Positions 31,512 through 40,697 of a stretch of DNA of 64,000 bases are shown here, one piece after another. Every line of letters starts with the position of its first letter. Positions within the stretch are counted from its first letter, which is position 1. The stretch lies in the NCBI GenBank assembly GCA_963734535.1, contig CAVTHS010000003.1, positions 342,401 through 406,400 on the forward strand, read 5' to 3'. The notes beneath the pieces are model-generated. The model saw only the letters and a list, made by a program, of their open reading frames with translations, searched no databases and had not been told where the DNA came from. Both the position numbers and the translations under genes were made by a program. Source of the DNA: an uncultured Chloroflexia bacterium (GTDB lineage Bacteria; Chloroflexota; Limnocylindria; Limnocylindrales; CSP1-4).

Positions 31512-32477
31512 ATGGGGGAGGGGACCACGGCGGGCGAGCTCGCGGCGGCGCGGCGGCCACCGCTCGTCGTGATCGGCGGGCCCACCGCGACCGGGAAGAC
31601 GGACCTCGCGATCCGGCTCGCGCTGGCCCTCACCGACACCGGCCACCCCACCGAGGTGATCTCGGCGGACTCGCGCCAGGTCTACCGTGGCATGGATGTC
31701 GGGACGGCCAAGCCCACCATGTCCGAACGGCGGGGGGTACCCCACCACGGTCTCGACCTGGTCGATCCCGACGAGCCCTTCTCGGTTGCGGACTTCGCGA
31801 GCCACGTCGAGGCGATCCTGCCCGCGATCGCGGATCGGGGCGGGGTCGCGCTCCTCGTCGGCGGCACCGGCTTCTGGCTGCGCGCCATCGCCGATGGCAT
31901 CGCGCTCGACGCGCTTCCGTGGGACCCGGCGGTCCGGGCGGCGCTCGAGACCGACCTCGCCGGGCAGGGGCTGGGCTCCCTGGTCGCGCGCCTGCACGCG
32001 GTCGCGCCCGGGCTTGCCGGCCGGGTTGACCTGCGCAACCCGCGGCGGGTCGTGCGCGCCCTGGAGATCGCGACCCTCCAGGGCGACGGCCCGCTTCCGA
32101 CCCCGCGTGGCTACGGCGGCCCGGTCCTGCGCGTCACGCTCGACGTCGCCGATCGGCGAGCGCACGCCGCGTGGATCGCGAACCGAGCCGCGGCGCAGCT
32201 CGACGGCGGCATCCTCGAGGAGGCTGCGGCGCTGCGGGCGCGGTTCGATCCCGGCCTGCCGGCGTTCTCGGCGATCGGCTATCGCGAGGCGTGGGACCTG
32301 CTCGACGGCCGGCTCGACCGGCCCGCCTACCTCGAGGTCAACGTCCGGCGCAACGTGGCCTATGCGCGGCGCCAGCGGACGTGGATCCGCCGGGCGCCCG
32401 TCGACCTCGCCCTCGACGCGGCCGACGCGGGCGCGACGTCCGCCGCCATCGCCGCCGCGCTCGCCGCGGTCTCCTGA
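31512..32477 (+). CDS. miaA: tRNA dimethylallyltransferase
   Basis: GPTATGKT, ISADSRQVYRGMDVGTAKP, VGGTG, AIGYRE, YARRQRTW. Confidence 0.96.
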   Translation: MGEGTTAGELAAARRPPLVVIGGPTATGKTDLAIRLALALTDTGHPTEVISADSRQVYRGMDVGTAKPTMSERRGVPHHGLDLVDPDEPFSVADFASHVEAILPAIADRGGVALLVGGTGFWLRAIADGIALDALPWDPAVRAALETDLAGQGLGSLVARLHAVAPGLAGRVDLRNPRRVVRALEIATLQGDGPLPTPRGYGGPVLRVTLDVADRRAHAAWIANRAAAQLDGGILEEAAALRARFDPGLPAFSAIGYREAWDLLDGRLDRPAYLEVNVRRNVAYARRQRTWIRRAPVDLALDAADAGATSAAIAAALAAVS

Positions 32478-32560
32478 GCTTCGCGTCCGCGCAGCGGGGG
32501 CCGGCGGGCGCGCCCGCGCGGTGCGAGAATCGCGCCGCCCACGCCCAGGAGGTACGCACG

Positions 32561-33025
32561 ATGCCCGCATTCGAGATCCAGGAGCGGGTAGCCCGGCCGG
32601 CGCTCGCGATCCGCCTCCACACGCAGGTCAGCGAGATCCCCCAGGCGCTCGCCGTGGCGCTGCCCGAGGTCTGGCAGGCGGCCGGGGCGATCGGCCTCGC
32701 GCCCGATGGGCCGCCCTTCACGCGCTACCTCACGGAACCCGCCGGCGGTGACCTCGACTACGAGGCCGGCGTCGGGCTGCTCGAGCCCGCGACCGCGGGC
32801 CACGGCCGGGCCGTGCCGATCGAGCTGCCCGGCGGCTCGGTCGCCGTCGCCTGGCACGTCGGCCCGTACGAGACGCTCGACCAGACCTACGGCGCCCTGA
32901 TGGGCTGGATCGCCGGGCAGGGCCGGTCGGTCGCCGGGCCGATGTGGGAGGTCTACTGGACCGATCCGGGAGCCGAGCCCGACCCGACCCGCTGGCGGAC
33001 GGAGGTGATCGTCCCGGTCGCCTGA
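32561..33025 (+). CDS. GyrI-like small-molecule-binding protein
   Basis: AGGAGG RBS; LPGG.VA...H.GPYE.L...Y..L..WI, WEVY.TDP, RTEV. Confidence 0.85.
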   Translation: MPAFEIQERVARPALAIRLHTQVSEIPQALAVALPEVWQAAGAIGLAPDGPPFTRYLTEPAGGDLDYEAGVGLLEPATAGHGRAVPIELPGGSVAVAWHVGPYETLDQTYGALMGWIAGQGRSVAGPMWEVYWTDPGAEPDPTRWRTEVIVPVA

Positions 33026-33111
33026 GGCGGCGGGGGACGGGCCGGTCGCCTCGACGCGGAGCAGAGCCCCGGGCGACTGCCGGCCGCGAGCCGGGCGGCT
33101 ATCCTGCCCGC

Positions 33112-34431
33112 ATGCCCAGGTCCTCCACGATCGATCTCGCCCAACCCGCCGAGAAGGCCTTCCTCGTCGCCGTCGACACGGGCGACGACCCGGGCTGGAA
33201 CGCCCAGGATTCGCTCGCCGAGCTCGCCTCGCTGGCCGAGACCGCGGGCGCGGTGGTCGTCGGCGCGGAGTGGCAGAACCGGCGCCACGTGGACCCGAAC
33301 TGGTACGTGGGCAAGGGCAAGGCGGAGGAGCTGGTGGCCGCGAAGGCCGAGACCGGCTTCGACCTTCTCGTCGCGGACGACGAGCTCTCGCCGGGTCAGC
33401 AGAAGGCGCTCGAGAGCCTCCTGGGCGTCAAGGTGATCGACCGGAGCCGGCTGATCCTCGACATCTTCGCGCAGCACGCCCGGACGCACGAAGGGCGCCT
33501 CCAGGTGGAGCTGGCCCAGCTCGAATACCAGCTTCCACGCCTCACCCGCCTGTGGACCCACCTCTCCCGGACCGGCGGCGGGATCGGCACCCGGGGCCCC
33601 GGCGAGAGCCAGCTCGAGACCGACCGCCGGCTGATCCGCGAGCGGATCAAGAAGATGAAGGAGCGCGTCGAGCAGGTCCGCCAGCAGCGCGCGACCGCGG
33701 CCCGCGGACGGGACCGGCGCCTCTACCCGACGGTGGCGATCGTCGGGTACACGAACGCCGGCAAGTCAACGCTCCTCAACGCCCTCGTCGGCAGCGAGGT
33801 GGCCCTTGTCGAGGACAAGCTCTTTGCCACGCTCGACCCGACGAGCCGCCAGGTCAAGCTGGGCGACGGCCAGACGGCGATCGTGACCGACACGGTCGGC
33901 TTCATCCACAAGCTGCCGCACCAGCTCGTGGACGCGTTCCGGGCGACCCTCGAGGAGGTGACCCGCTCGGACGTCCTGGTCGAGGTCGTGGATGCCTCCG
34001 ACGCCCACTTCGCGGAGCACCGGGTGACCGTCCAGACGGTCCTCGACGAGCTCGGGGCGGGGACCAAGCCGCGCCTTGCCGCCTTCAACAAGGCGGACCG
34101 GCTCGTCGCCGACGGCGGGACGGCGATCCAGGCCCCCATCGTCGCGGGCAGCGTCCTGGTCTCGGCGCTCACCGGGTTCGGCCTCGACGCGCTGCGCGAC
34201 GAGGTCGCGGCGCTGCTCGCGTCGCTCTGGGAGGACATCGACGTCGCCGTCCCGTACGCCGCGGGCGAGCTCCTGGCGCGCGTCCGGGAGCGCGGCACCG
34301 TGGACCTCGAGTACGGCCAGCGCGAGGTTCGCGTTCGCGGGCGCGTGGCGCCCGCCCTCGCGGGAGAGCTCTCGGCGGCCGCCGCGCGCTGGGAAGAGTC
34401 GGTCCGCGAGGCGCAGCGGGCGGACGCCTGA
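33112..34431 (+). CDS. hflX: GTPase HflX
   Basis: G.GK.EEL, LILDIFAQHA.T.EG.LQVELAQL, GYTNAGKST, LFATLD, DTVGF, NKAD. Confidence 0.97.
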   Translation: MPRSSTIDLAQPAEKAFLVAVDTGDDPGWNAQDSLAELASLAETAGAVVVGAEWQNRRHVDPNWYVGKGKAEELVAAKAETGFDLLVADDELSPGQQKALESLLGVKVIDRSRLILDIFAQHARTHEGRLQVELAQLEYQLPRLTRLWTHLSRTGGGIGTRGPGESQLETDRRLIRERIKKMKERVEQVRQQRATAARGRDRRLYPTVAIVGYTNAGKSTLLNALVGSEVALVEDKLFATLDPTSRQVKLGDGQTAIVTDTVGFIHKLPHQLVDAFRATLEEVTRSDVLVEVVDASDAHFAEHRVTVQTVLDELGAGTKPRLAAFNKADRLVADGGTAIQAPIVAGSVLVSALTGFGLDALRDEVAALLASLWEDIDVAVPYAAGELLARVRERGTVDLEYGQREVRVRGRVAPALAGELSAAAARWEESVREAQRADA

Positions 34432-34437
34432 GGCACC

Positions 34438-36306
34438 ATGACCGACGAGACTCCGCGCGTCCCGCCGGGCCCGGGAGATGTCGTCCGCGAGGTTCGCGGC
34501 CTGGGCGGCATCCCGTGGCGCCGCCTCGCGCGGTATCTCCGGCCGCACGTCGGGCGCTTCGTCCTGGCCCTCGTGGGGCTCGTCCTGTCGGCGGGCCTCG
34601 GGCTGCTCTTCCCGCTCCTGATCGCCCAGATCACCACGGTCGTCGTGGCCGGTGGCGAGATGGCCGGGCTCGACCGGATCGTCCTGCTCCTCATCGTCCT
34701 CTTCTCGGTGCAGGCCGTGGGGAGCTTCCTCCAGTCGTACTTCCTGGGGGTGGTGGGGGAGCGGATCGTGGCCCGGATGCGATCGGAGCTCTTCGCGCGG
34801 CTCGTGACGCTCTCGCTCGACTTCTATGTCACGGCGCGCGTGGGCGAGCTCGTCTCGCGCCTCTCGAGCGACGTGACGCAGGTCCGCACGATGCTGACCC
34901 AGACGATCACGAACCTGCTCGCCGCCTCGGTCGGGCTCTTCGGGTCGATCGTCATCCTGTTCGTGCTGAGCCCGACGCTCCTGCTGGTCGTCCTCGTGCT
35001 CGCGCCCGCCCTGATCGGCGTGGCCTACGCCTTCGGGCGCCCGCTCCAGCGGGTCAGCACCCAGGTCCAGGACGAGCTGGCCCGTGCCACGACGACGGCC
35101 GAGGAGGCGCTCTCCGGCATCCGGATCGTGAAGAGCTTCGTGCGCGAGGACTGGGAGACCCGGCGGTACGCGACGGACCTCGACCGGGTGGTTGCGCGGG
35201 CGACCCGGCTCGCCTTCTGGCGCGCGCTCTTCGGGGCCGTCATGACGTTCGTGGGATTCGGGGCGATCGCGGTCCTGCTCTGGTACACGGGCCGCCAGGT
35301 GATCGAGGGGACGCTCGCGATCGGGACCCTGACCAGCTTCCTGCTGTACGGCGTCTCCATCGCGGCGAACCTCGCGAGCATCGCCGGCCAGTACGGCCAG
35401 CTCCGCGAGGGATCGGGCGCGGTCCAGCGCGTCTTCGAGCTCCTCGACACCGAGCCGACGATCCTGGATCCCGTGCCCGCGCTGCCGCTGCCACCCGTCG
35501 CGGGCAGGATCAGCCTCGTCGACGTGTCATTCGCGTACCTGGCCGGCCGGCCCGTCCTGCGCCGGATCGACCTGGACATCTCGCCCGGCGAGATCGTGGC
35601 GCTGGTCGGCCCCTCCGGGTCGGGCAAGACGACGCTGTGCAACCTGATCCCGCGCCTGTGGGACGTCACGGACGGGGCGATCCGGATCGACGGGATCGAC
35701 ATCCGGGATGTCAGCGTGCAGAGCCTTCGCAACCAGGTCGGCCTGGTGCCGCAGGAGGCGACGCTGTTCGGCGGGACGATCCGCGAGAACATCGCGTACG
35801 GCAGGCTGGATGCGACCGAGGCGGAGATCATCGAGGCGGCCCGGGCCGCGTCCGCCCACGAGTTCATCGCCGAGCTTCCCCACGGCTACGAGACGCCGCT
35901 CGGCGACCGGGGCGCGCGGCTCTCGGGCGGCCAGCGCCAGCGGATCGCGATCGCGCGGGCGATCCTGAAGGATCCCCGGATCCTCCTGCTCGACGAGGCG
36001 ACCAGCTCGCTCGACAACGAATCGGAGCGCGCGGTCCAGGCCGCCCTCAACCGGCTCATGGTGGGCCGGACCACGCTCATCGTGGCCCACCGTCTCTCCA
36101 CGATCCGGGCCGCTCACCGGATCGCGGTCCTCGACGACGGCTGGCTCGTGGAGCTCGGCACGCACGACGAGCTCCTCGCGCGAGACGGCCTCTACGCGCG
36201 CCTCTACCGGCTCCAGTTCACCGCTGCGCCGGACCCCGATGTCGGCCTCCCGGTCCCCCCGGAAGGGTCCATCCGGACCCTAGACTCGCGCACCGCGCCC
36301 GCCTAG
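34438..36306 (+). CDS. ABC exporter, fused permease/ATPase (MsbA-like)
   Basis: Six-helix TM domain, GPSGSGKT, LSGGQRQR, LLLDEATSSLD, IVAHRLST. Confidence 0.95.
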   Translation: MTDETPRVPPGPGDVVREVRGLGGIPWRRLARYLRPHVGRFVLALVGLVLSAGLGLLFPLLIAQITTVVVAGGEMAGLDRIVLLLIVLFSVQAVGSFLQSYFLGVVGERIVARMRSELFARLVTLSLDFYVTARVGELVSRLSSDVTQVRTMLTQTITNLLAASVGLFGSIVILFVLSPTLLLVVLVLAPALIGVAYAFGRPLQRVSTQVQDELARATTTAEEALSGIRIVKSFVREDWETRRYATDLDRVVARATRLAFWRALFGAVMTFVGFGAIAVLLWYTGRQVIEGTLAIGTLTSFLLYGVSIAANLASIAGQYGQLREGSGAVQRVFELLDTEPTILDPVPALPLPPVAGRISLVDVSFAYLAGRPVLRRIDLDISPGEIVALVGPSGSGKTTLCNLIPRLWDVTDGAIRIDGIDIRDVSVQSLRNQVGLVPQEATLFGGTIRENIAYGRLDATEAEIIEAARAASAHEFIAELPHGYETPLGDRGARLSGGQRQRIAIARAILKDPRILLLDEATSSLDNESERAVQAALNRLMVGRTTLIVAHRLSTIRAAHRIAVLDDGWLVELGTHDELLARDGLYARLYRLQFTAAPDPDVGLPVPPEGSIRTLDSRTAPA

Positions 36307-36365
36307 CATCGGACGCTGGGGGTCCTCTCACGCAGCGCGCCGTCCCAGCCGAGGATGACCTGATC

Positions 36366-38204
36366 ATGGATGGATGGACCGGACAGTTCCTGCGGGTCGA
36401 CCTGACCACCAGGACGTTCAGGATCGAGACGTTCACGGAGGAGTTCGCCCACACCTGGATCGGCGGCCGCGGTTTCGCGGTGAAGATCCTGTACGACGAG
36501 CTCGCCCCCGGAATCGATCCCCTCGGGCCGGAGAACAAGCTGGTCGTGGCCGTCGGCCCCATCTCCGGCATCCCGGCGCCCAACACCGGCAAGACGATCG
36601 TGGCCGCCAAGTCGCCGGCAACCGGCGGCTACGGCGACGGGAACCTCGGGACCCGGATCACGGACCAGCTCCGCAAGGCGGGCTACGACGCCCTCATCAT
36701 CGAGGGCCGCGCCGAGCGCCCCACGCTCCTCTCGATCGAGGACGACCGGGTCGAGTTCCTGCCCGCCGACGAGGTCTGGGGCAAGGGCACGATGGAGACG
36801 AACGACTGGATCTACGCCCGCTACGGGAAGGGTGTCGGCGTCCTGAACATCGGCCAGGGCGGCGAGAACATGGTCAACTTCGCGGTCGTGCGCAGCCTCG
36901 AGGGCCGCTCCGGCGGCCGGCCCGGGATGGGCGCCGTGATGGGCTCGAAGCTCCTCAAGGCGATCGTCGTCAAGGGCTCCAGGCCGATCCCGCAGGCGTT
37001 CCCCGTCGCCATGAAGGAGCTCGGCCGCGACGACCTGCGCGAGGTCCACGCGATCGACAAGGAGATGGCCTGGTCCACCCAGGGCACGACCGGCGTGCTG
37101 CCCTGGTGCAACGAGGTCGCGGCGCTGCCGGTCCACAACTTCCGCGGGACGCACCACCCGGACGCCTGGCAGGTGGACGGGGAGCGCGTCAACGCGGCCC
37201 GCGTCGCCACGTACGGCTGCCCGAACTGCACGATGCGCTGCGGCATCGGGATCCTCGACGACGAGGGCCGCGAGGCCGAGGTCGACTACGAGAACGTCGG
37301 CCTCCTGGGGCCGAACCTGGACCTGTACGACCTCTCCCAGGTCGCGGCGCTCAACTACCTGTGCGACGACTACGGGCTGGACACCATCTCCGCGGGCGGC
37401 GTGCTCGGCTTCTACGCCGACGCGATCGAGCGGGGAGCCGTCGAGGGCGACCTCCGGTTCGGCGACGCGGCCGGCATGAAACGGGTCCTCGGCATGATCG
37501 CCCGGCGCGAGGGCGAGATCGGCAACCTGCTCGCCGACGGGACGCTGCGCGCGGCGCGGGCCTTCGGCCACGGGTCCGAGGACTACGCGATGCAGGTCAA
37601 GGGCCTCGAGATCTCGGCCTACAACTGCAAGTTCATCCCGGGCATGGCCCTCGCGTTCGGGGTCAGCCCGATCGGCGCCCACCACAAGGAATCGTGGATC
37701 ATCACGTTCGAGGTCAAGCAGACCACCCGCGGGTCGTACGGGCGCGACAAGGCCCAGAAGATCGTTGACCTGCAGCGGATCCGCGGCGGCCTGTTCGAGT
37801 CGATCGTCACCTGCCGCTTCCCCTGGGTCGAGCTGGGCTGGGGCGTGGAGCACTACCCGACCTACTTCAACACGATCACCGGGCAGGACTGGAAGCTCGA
37901 GGACTTCTGGCCCATCTCGGACCGGATCTACGCGCTCATGAAGCTGTTCTGGCTGCGCGAGCACCCGGAGACGGACCGCTCGGCCGACTTCCCGCCCGCC
38001 GCCTGGTTCGACCCTGCCAACGCCGACACCGAGGGCCCGATCGCGGGCATGATCCTCGACCGCGAGCAGTACGACGGGATGCTGGCGCACTACTACGACA
38101 TCCGCGGCTACGACACGCGCGGCATCCCCACCCGGGCCACGCTCGAGAGCCTGGGGCTCGGCGCCGAGGCCGCGGCCGCGGAGGCGTTCGCAACGATCCG
38201 CTGA
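36366..38204 (+). CDS. aor: Aldehyde:ferredoxin oxidoreductase (tungstopterin AOR family)
   Basis: LRVDLT, KSPATG, GR.GMGAVMGSK.LKAI, CPNCTMRC, DYE, CDDYGLDTIS, VKGLE. Confidence 0.92.
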   Translation: MDGWTGQFLRVDLTTRTFRIETFTEEFAHTWIGGRGFAVKILYDELAPGIDPLGPENKLVVAVGPISGIPAPNTGKTIVAAKSPATGGYGDGNLGTRITDQLRKAGYDALIIEGRAERPTLLSIEDDRVEFLPADEVWGKGTMETNDWIYARYGKGVGVLNIGQGGENMVNFAVVRSLEGRSGGRPGMGAVMGSKLLKAIVVKGSRPIPQAFPVAMKELGRDDLREVHAIDKEMAWSTQGTTGVLPWCNEVAALPVHNFRGTHHPDAWQVDGERVNAARVATYGCPNCTMRCGIGILDDEGREAEVDYENVGLLGPNLDLYDLSQVAALNYLCDDYGLDTISAGGVLGFYADAIERGAVEGDLRFGDAAGMKRVLGMIARREGEIGNLLADGTLRAARAFGHGSEDYAMQVKGLEISAYNCKFIPGMALAFGVSPIGAHHKESWIITFEVKQTTRGSYGRDKAQKIVDLQRIRGGLFESIVTCRFPWVELGWGVEHYPTYFNTITGQDWKLEDFWPISDRIYALMKLFWLREHPETDRSADFPPAAWFDPANADTEGPIAGMILDREQYDGMLAHYYDIRGYDTRGIPTRATLESLGLGAEAAAAEAFATIR

Positions 38205-38206
38205 CG

Positions 38207-38434
38207 ATGACGGTCACGGTCAAGCTCGTGGGCGGCCTGGTCCACACCCTGGGCTTCAGCGAGCGCGTGCTCGAGCTCCCGGCGGGGACGACGGTCGCGG
38301 GGCTCCTCGAGGCGATCGGCACCGACCCTGCCCGGCCCCTCATCGTCGGTCGCAGGGGCTGGGCGATCGAGTTGGACGACGAGGTCAGCGACGGGGACCG
38401 CATCCTGGTCTCCCCGGTCTTCTCCGGGGGCTGA
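38207..38434 (+). CDS. MoaD/ThiS sulfur carrier
   Basis: Ubiquitin-like size, C-terminal SGG, directly after aor. Confidence 0.88.
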   Translation: MTVTVKLVGGLVHTLGFSERVLELPAGTTVAGLLEAIGTDPARPLIVGRRGWAIELDDEVSDGDRILVSPVFSGG

Positions 38435-38856
38435 GCGGGTCGGGGAGGGGAGGGCAGCCCGGGACCGGGCGTCCGGACGATCGCATCGCGTCACTTGCAT
38501 CGTGGGCGTAGCATCGACATATAGACGCTCGGTTCTGCCGCGTGCGGGGTGCGCAGTGACGTCGTCGGCCATGGTCGGAAGACCGGATCGTGCACGAAGG
38601 GCTCGCTCGGCGATGCCGATTGCGACACTGCCCTGCACGGCCGACTCGACGCGCGGTGTGACGAACCTCGCCACCCGGCCCCGGGCGGGCAACTTCAGCT
38701 CCGATACCCGCGCCGGCCTCTGAGGGCGGGCGGGCCAGTGCCCGGCCCCGCCCGCCCGCTGCAACCTGTTGATGTCAACTGACATCAGATCGAGACACCG
38801 GCGCCCGTGGGAGGGCGCCGGTGTCGTTGCCGGCGGGAGGGACTCTCCAAGGTTGG

Positions 38857-38883
38857 TTGACGTGCGTTGTAGTATGCTACAAT
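38857..38883 (+). promoter_or_regulatory. Promoter overlapped by a palindromic operator for the HTH-MNT/HEPN pair
   Basis: TTGACG at 38857; TGcTACAAT ending 38883; palindrome TTGTAGTATGCTACAA at 38867-38882. Confidence 0.6.
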
Positions 38884-38923
38884 AACCTTCCGCACGAGAA
38901 CTCGGTCTGCACCGGAGGAACCG

Positions 38924-39556
38924 ATGACCCTGACCGTGCCAGAGGCCGCTCGACGCATCGGCCGCAACCCTGAGACGATCCGTCGCTGGATCAGGGCAGG
39001 GAAGCTGCCATCGCGGAAGGTCGGAACACAGCACCTCATCGACGAAGACGATCTGATCGATTCAACTGGTGGCGTGGGTGCAGATCGTCCGACCGCGCTC
39101 GACGCGGATCGGACCGTGGACGATCAGTCGATTCTGCGAGCCCTCCACCAGGGCCGGCAAGAACGCGATCACCAGGTTCAGGAGGCATGGGCGCCGTACC
39201 TGTCCGCTTCAACGGACCGCCGAGCCGTTACGATCGACCCGTGGCAGTCGACGATCGTGGGACGGATCGTTCGCCTCGTTGATCCCGCCAGGATCGTGCT
39301 GTTCGGCTCGCGCGCGCGCGGAAGTGCCCGGCACGACAGCGACTACGACCTGCTCGTGATCGTTGATGCGGTTGCGAACCGTCGCGCGATGCGCATCGCC
39401 ATCCGTCGATCCTTCGCGGACCTTCCGGTGGCCGCGGACGTTGTCGTGAGCACGGTAGAGGAGGCCGACGGTCGCGTTGCCGGTCGTCCAGTCGGCGTGG
39501 TGTACTGGGCCCTCCAGGAGGGCCGGGTCATCTATCACCGCGGCAATGCCGCCTGA
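38924..39556 (+). CDS. Excisionase-type HTH fused to a minimal nucleotidyltransferase (MNT antitoxin)
   Basis: LTVPEAARRIGRNPETIRRWIRAGKL HTH; IVLFGSRARG...DSDYDLLV NTase motif; GGAGG RBS. Confidence 0.85.
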   Translation: MTLTVPEAARRIGRNPETIRRWIRAGKLPSRKVGTQHLIDEDDLIDSTGGVGADRPTALDADRTVDDQSILRALHQGRQERDHQVQEAWAPYLSASTDRRAVTIDPWQSTIVGRIVRLVDPARIVLFGSRARGSARHDSDYDLLVIVDAVANRRAMRIAIRRSFADLPVAADVVVSTVEEADGRVAGRPVGVVYWALQEGRVIYHRGNAA

Positions 39557-39965
39557 GGCTGCGCTCTGGTGGCTTCGGACGGCGATCGGGGACCTCGACG
39601 CCGCGCGGGCACTCCTGACCGTTGCAACAGTGGTGCCCCGCCAGGCGGCCTACCTCGCCCAGCAGGCCGCCGAGAAGGCTATCAAGGCGACCATTGCGCT
39701 CCAGGGCCGCGAGCCTCCCTTGACGCACGATCTGCTCTTCCTGCTTGACCGAAGTCCGGACGAGGCGGGCCTTCGCGGCGTGCTCGTCGACGTCGTCGCC
39801 CTGTCAGGTGCCCAGGCGGTCGCGCGCTATCCACAACCGGATGAACCCCCGTACGACCTCGAAGAGGCCGAACAGCTGGTCGCGGACGCTTCACGTCTCG
39901 TGGTCGGCGTGCAGGACTACTTCGATCGGCTCGGTTTCGCCGGTACCGGCCTTGCACCTGTCTGA
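39546..39965 (+). CDS. HEPN domain protein (MNT partner)
   Basis: WLR.A..DL.AA, AQQAAEKAIKA, THDL..L, ARYP; overlaps MNT stop. Confidence 0.85.
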   Translation: MPPEAALWWLRTAIGDLDAARALLTVATVVPRQAAYLAQQAAEKAIKATIALQGREPPLTHDLLFLLDRSPDEAGLRGVLVDVVALSGAQAVARYPQPDEPPYDLEEAEQLVADASRLVVGVQDYFDRLGFAGTGLAPV

Positions 39966-40055
39966 GCCGGCTTCGGTCTCCGTGCGCCCGTCGGGCGGGG
40001 ACTCCTGCAGGACTAGCTGGACGTGGCTCTGGAGGTCGTTCTGGTCTGGACCATA

Positions 40056-40083
40056 ACTTCCGATAATGTAAGTTATGTTCTGG
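40056..40083. other. dif-like XerC/XerD recombination site
   Basis: ACTTCCGATAA-TGTAAG-TTATGTTCTGG in the 11-6-11 layout, with conserved ATAA and TTATGT inner arms. Confidence 0.75.
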
Positions 40084-40118
40084 CGCGATCCCGCGGCCAA
40101 GGTTGTCCGGTCAGTCGG

Positions 40119-40697
40119 TCAGTCGGGCAGCACCTCGTCGAGCACTGCCCACACCCAGCCCGCGAGTTTCCAGACCGCCGGTTGGTCGGTTCCGGCGTGA
40201 AACTTCCCGCTGCCGACGGCGTAGGTGCGCCGGCTGACCTGGCCTACGAGCTCGTCGATGAGCGCATCGATGTCCTGGACCTGATCCTTCGAGCCGCGAC
40301 GCTGCTGGACGGCGTAGCGCGTTCGCTCCGCCTGGGTTGGGTTGCGCTTGCCTCCCTGCTCGATGCCGAGATACCAGGGCTGCCGACGGATCTCGTCGTC
40401 GGGTGCCATGAGCTGGACCGTCGCCCGCATGACCTCGCGGACCTCGCCCGCTGGCCCGACGTAGCTAAGCCGGCTCTGGTTGTTCATGTCGCGGAGTGCC
40501 TGCTCCATGGAGTCCGACAGCGGCGGCGACTGGCGGCGCAGCCTAGTCAGGATCCCGGTCTCGCGGGCCGACAGCGGTCCGCGCGCCGGCACGACGGCTT
40601 CGACCGGTCGGGACGGCTGACGCAACTTCGTCTGGAACTCGCGCAACCGTCGAAGCCGGTCGGGGTCGACTCCGTCACTCCGTGTCGGTCTGGCCAT
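40119..40697 (-). CDS. Hypothetical protein resembling the predicted pPIWI-associating (HEPN-like) nuclease family
   Basis: S.EQAL.D....R.SY.G.A.EVREV.R......APD.EI, PTQ.ER.RY, Y...S...H pattern; family call from recall. Confidence 0.6.
   Translation of the reverse strand: MARPTRSDGVDPDRLRRLREFQTKLRQPSRPVEAVVPARGPLSARETGILTRLRRQSPPLSDSMEQALRDMNNQSRLSYVGPAGEVREVMRATVQLMAPDDEIRRQPWYLGIEQGGKRNPTQAERTRYAVQQRRGSKDQVQDIDALIDELVGQVSRRTYAVGSGKFHAGTDQPAVWKLAGWVWAVLDEVLPD

Noticed and set aside
33270-38204. 1644-aa ORF
   Set aside because: Only the part from 36366 is AOR; the rest is an Arg/Pro/Gly-rich shadow frame over hflX and the ABC gene.
40053-40076. loxP-like site
   Set aside because: ATAACTTCCGATAATGTA resembles a lox left arm, but the 13-8-13 geometry is absent; the dif layout fits better.
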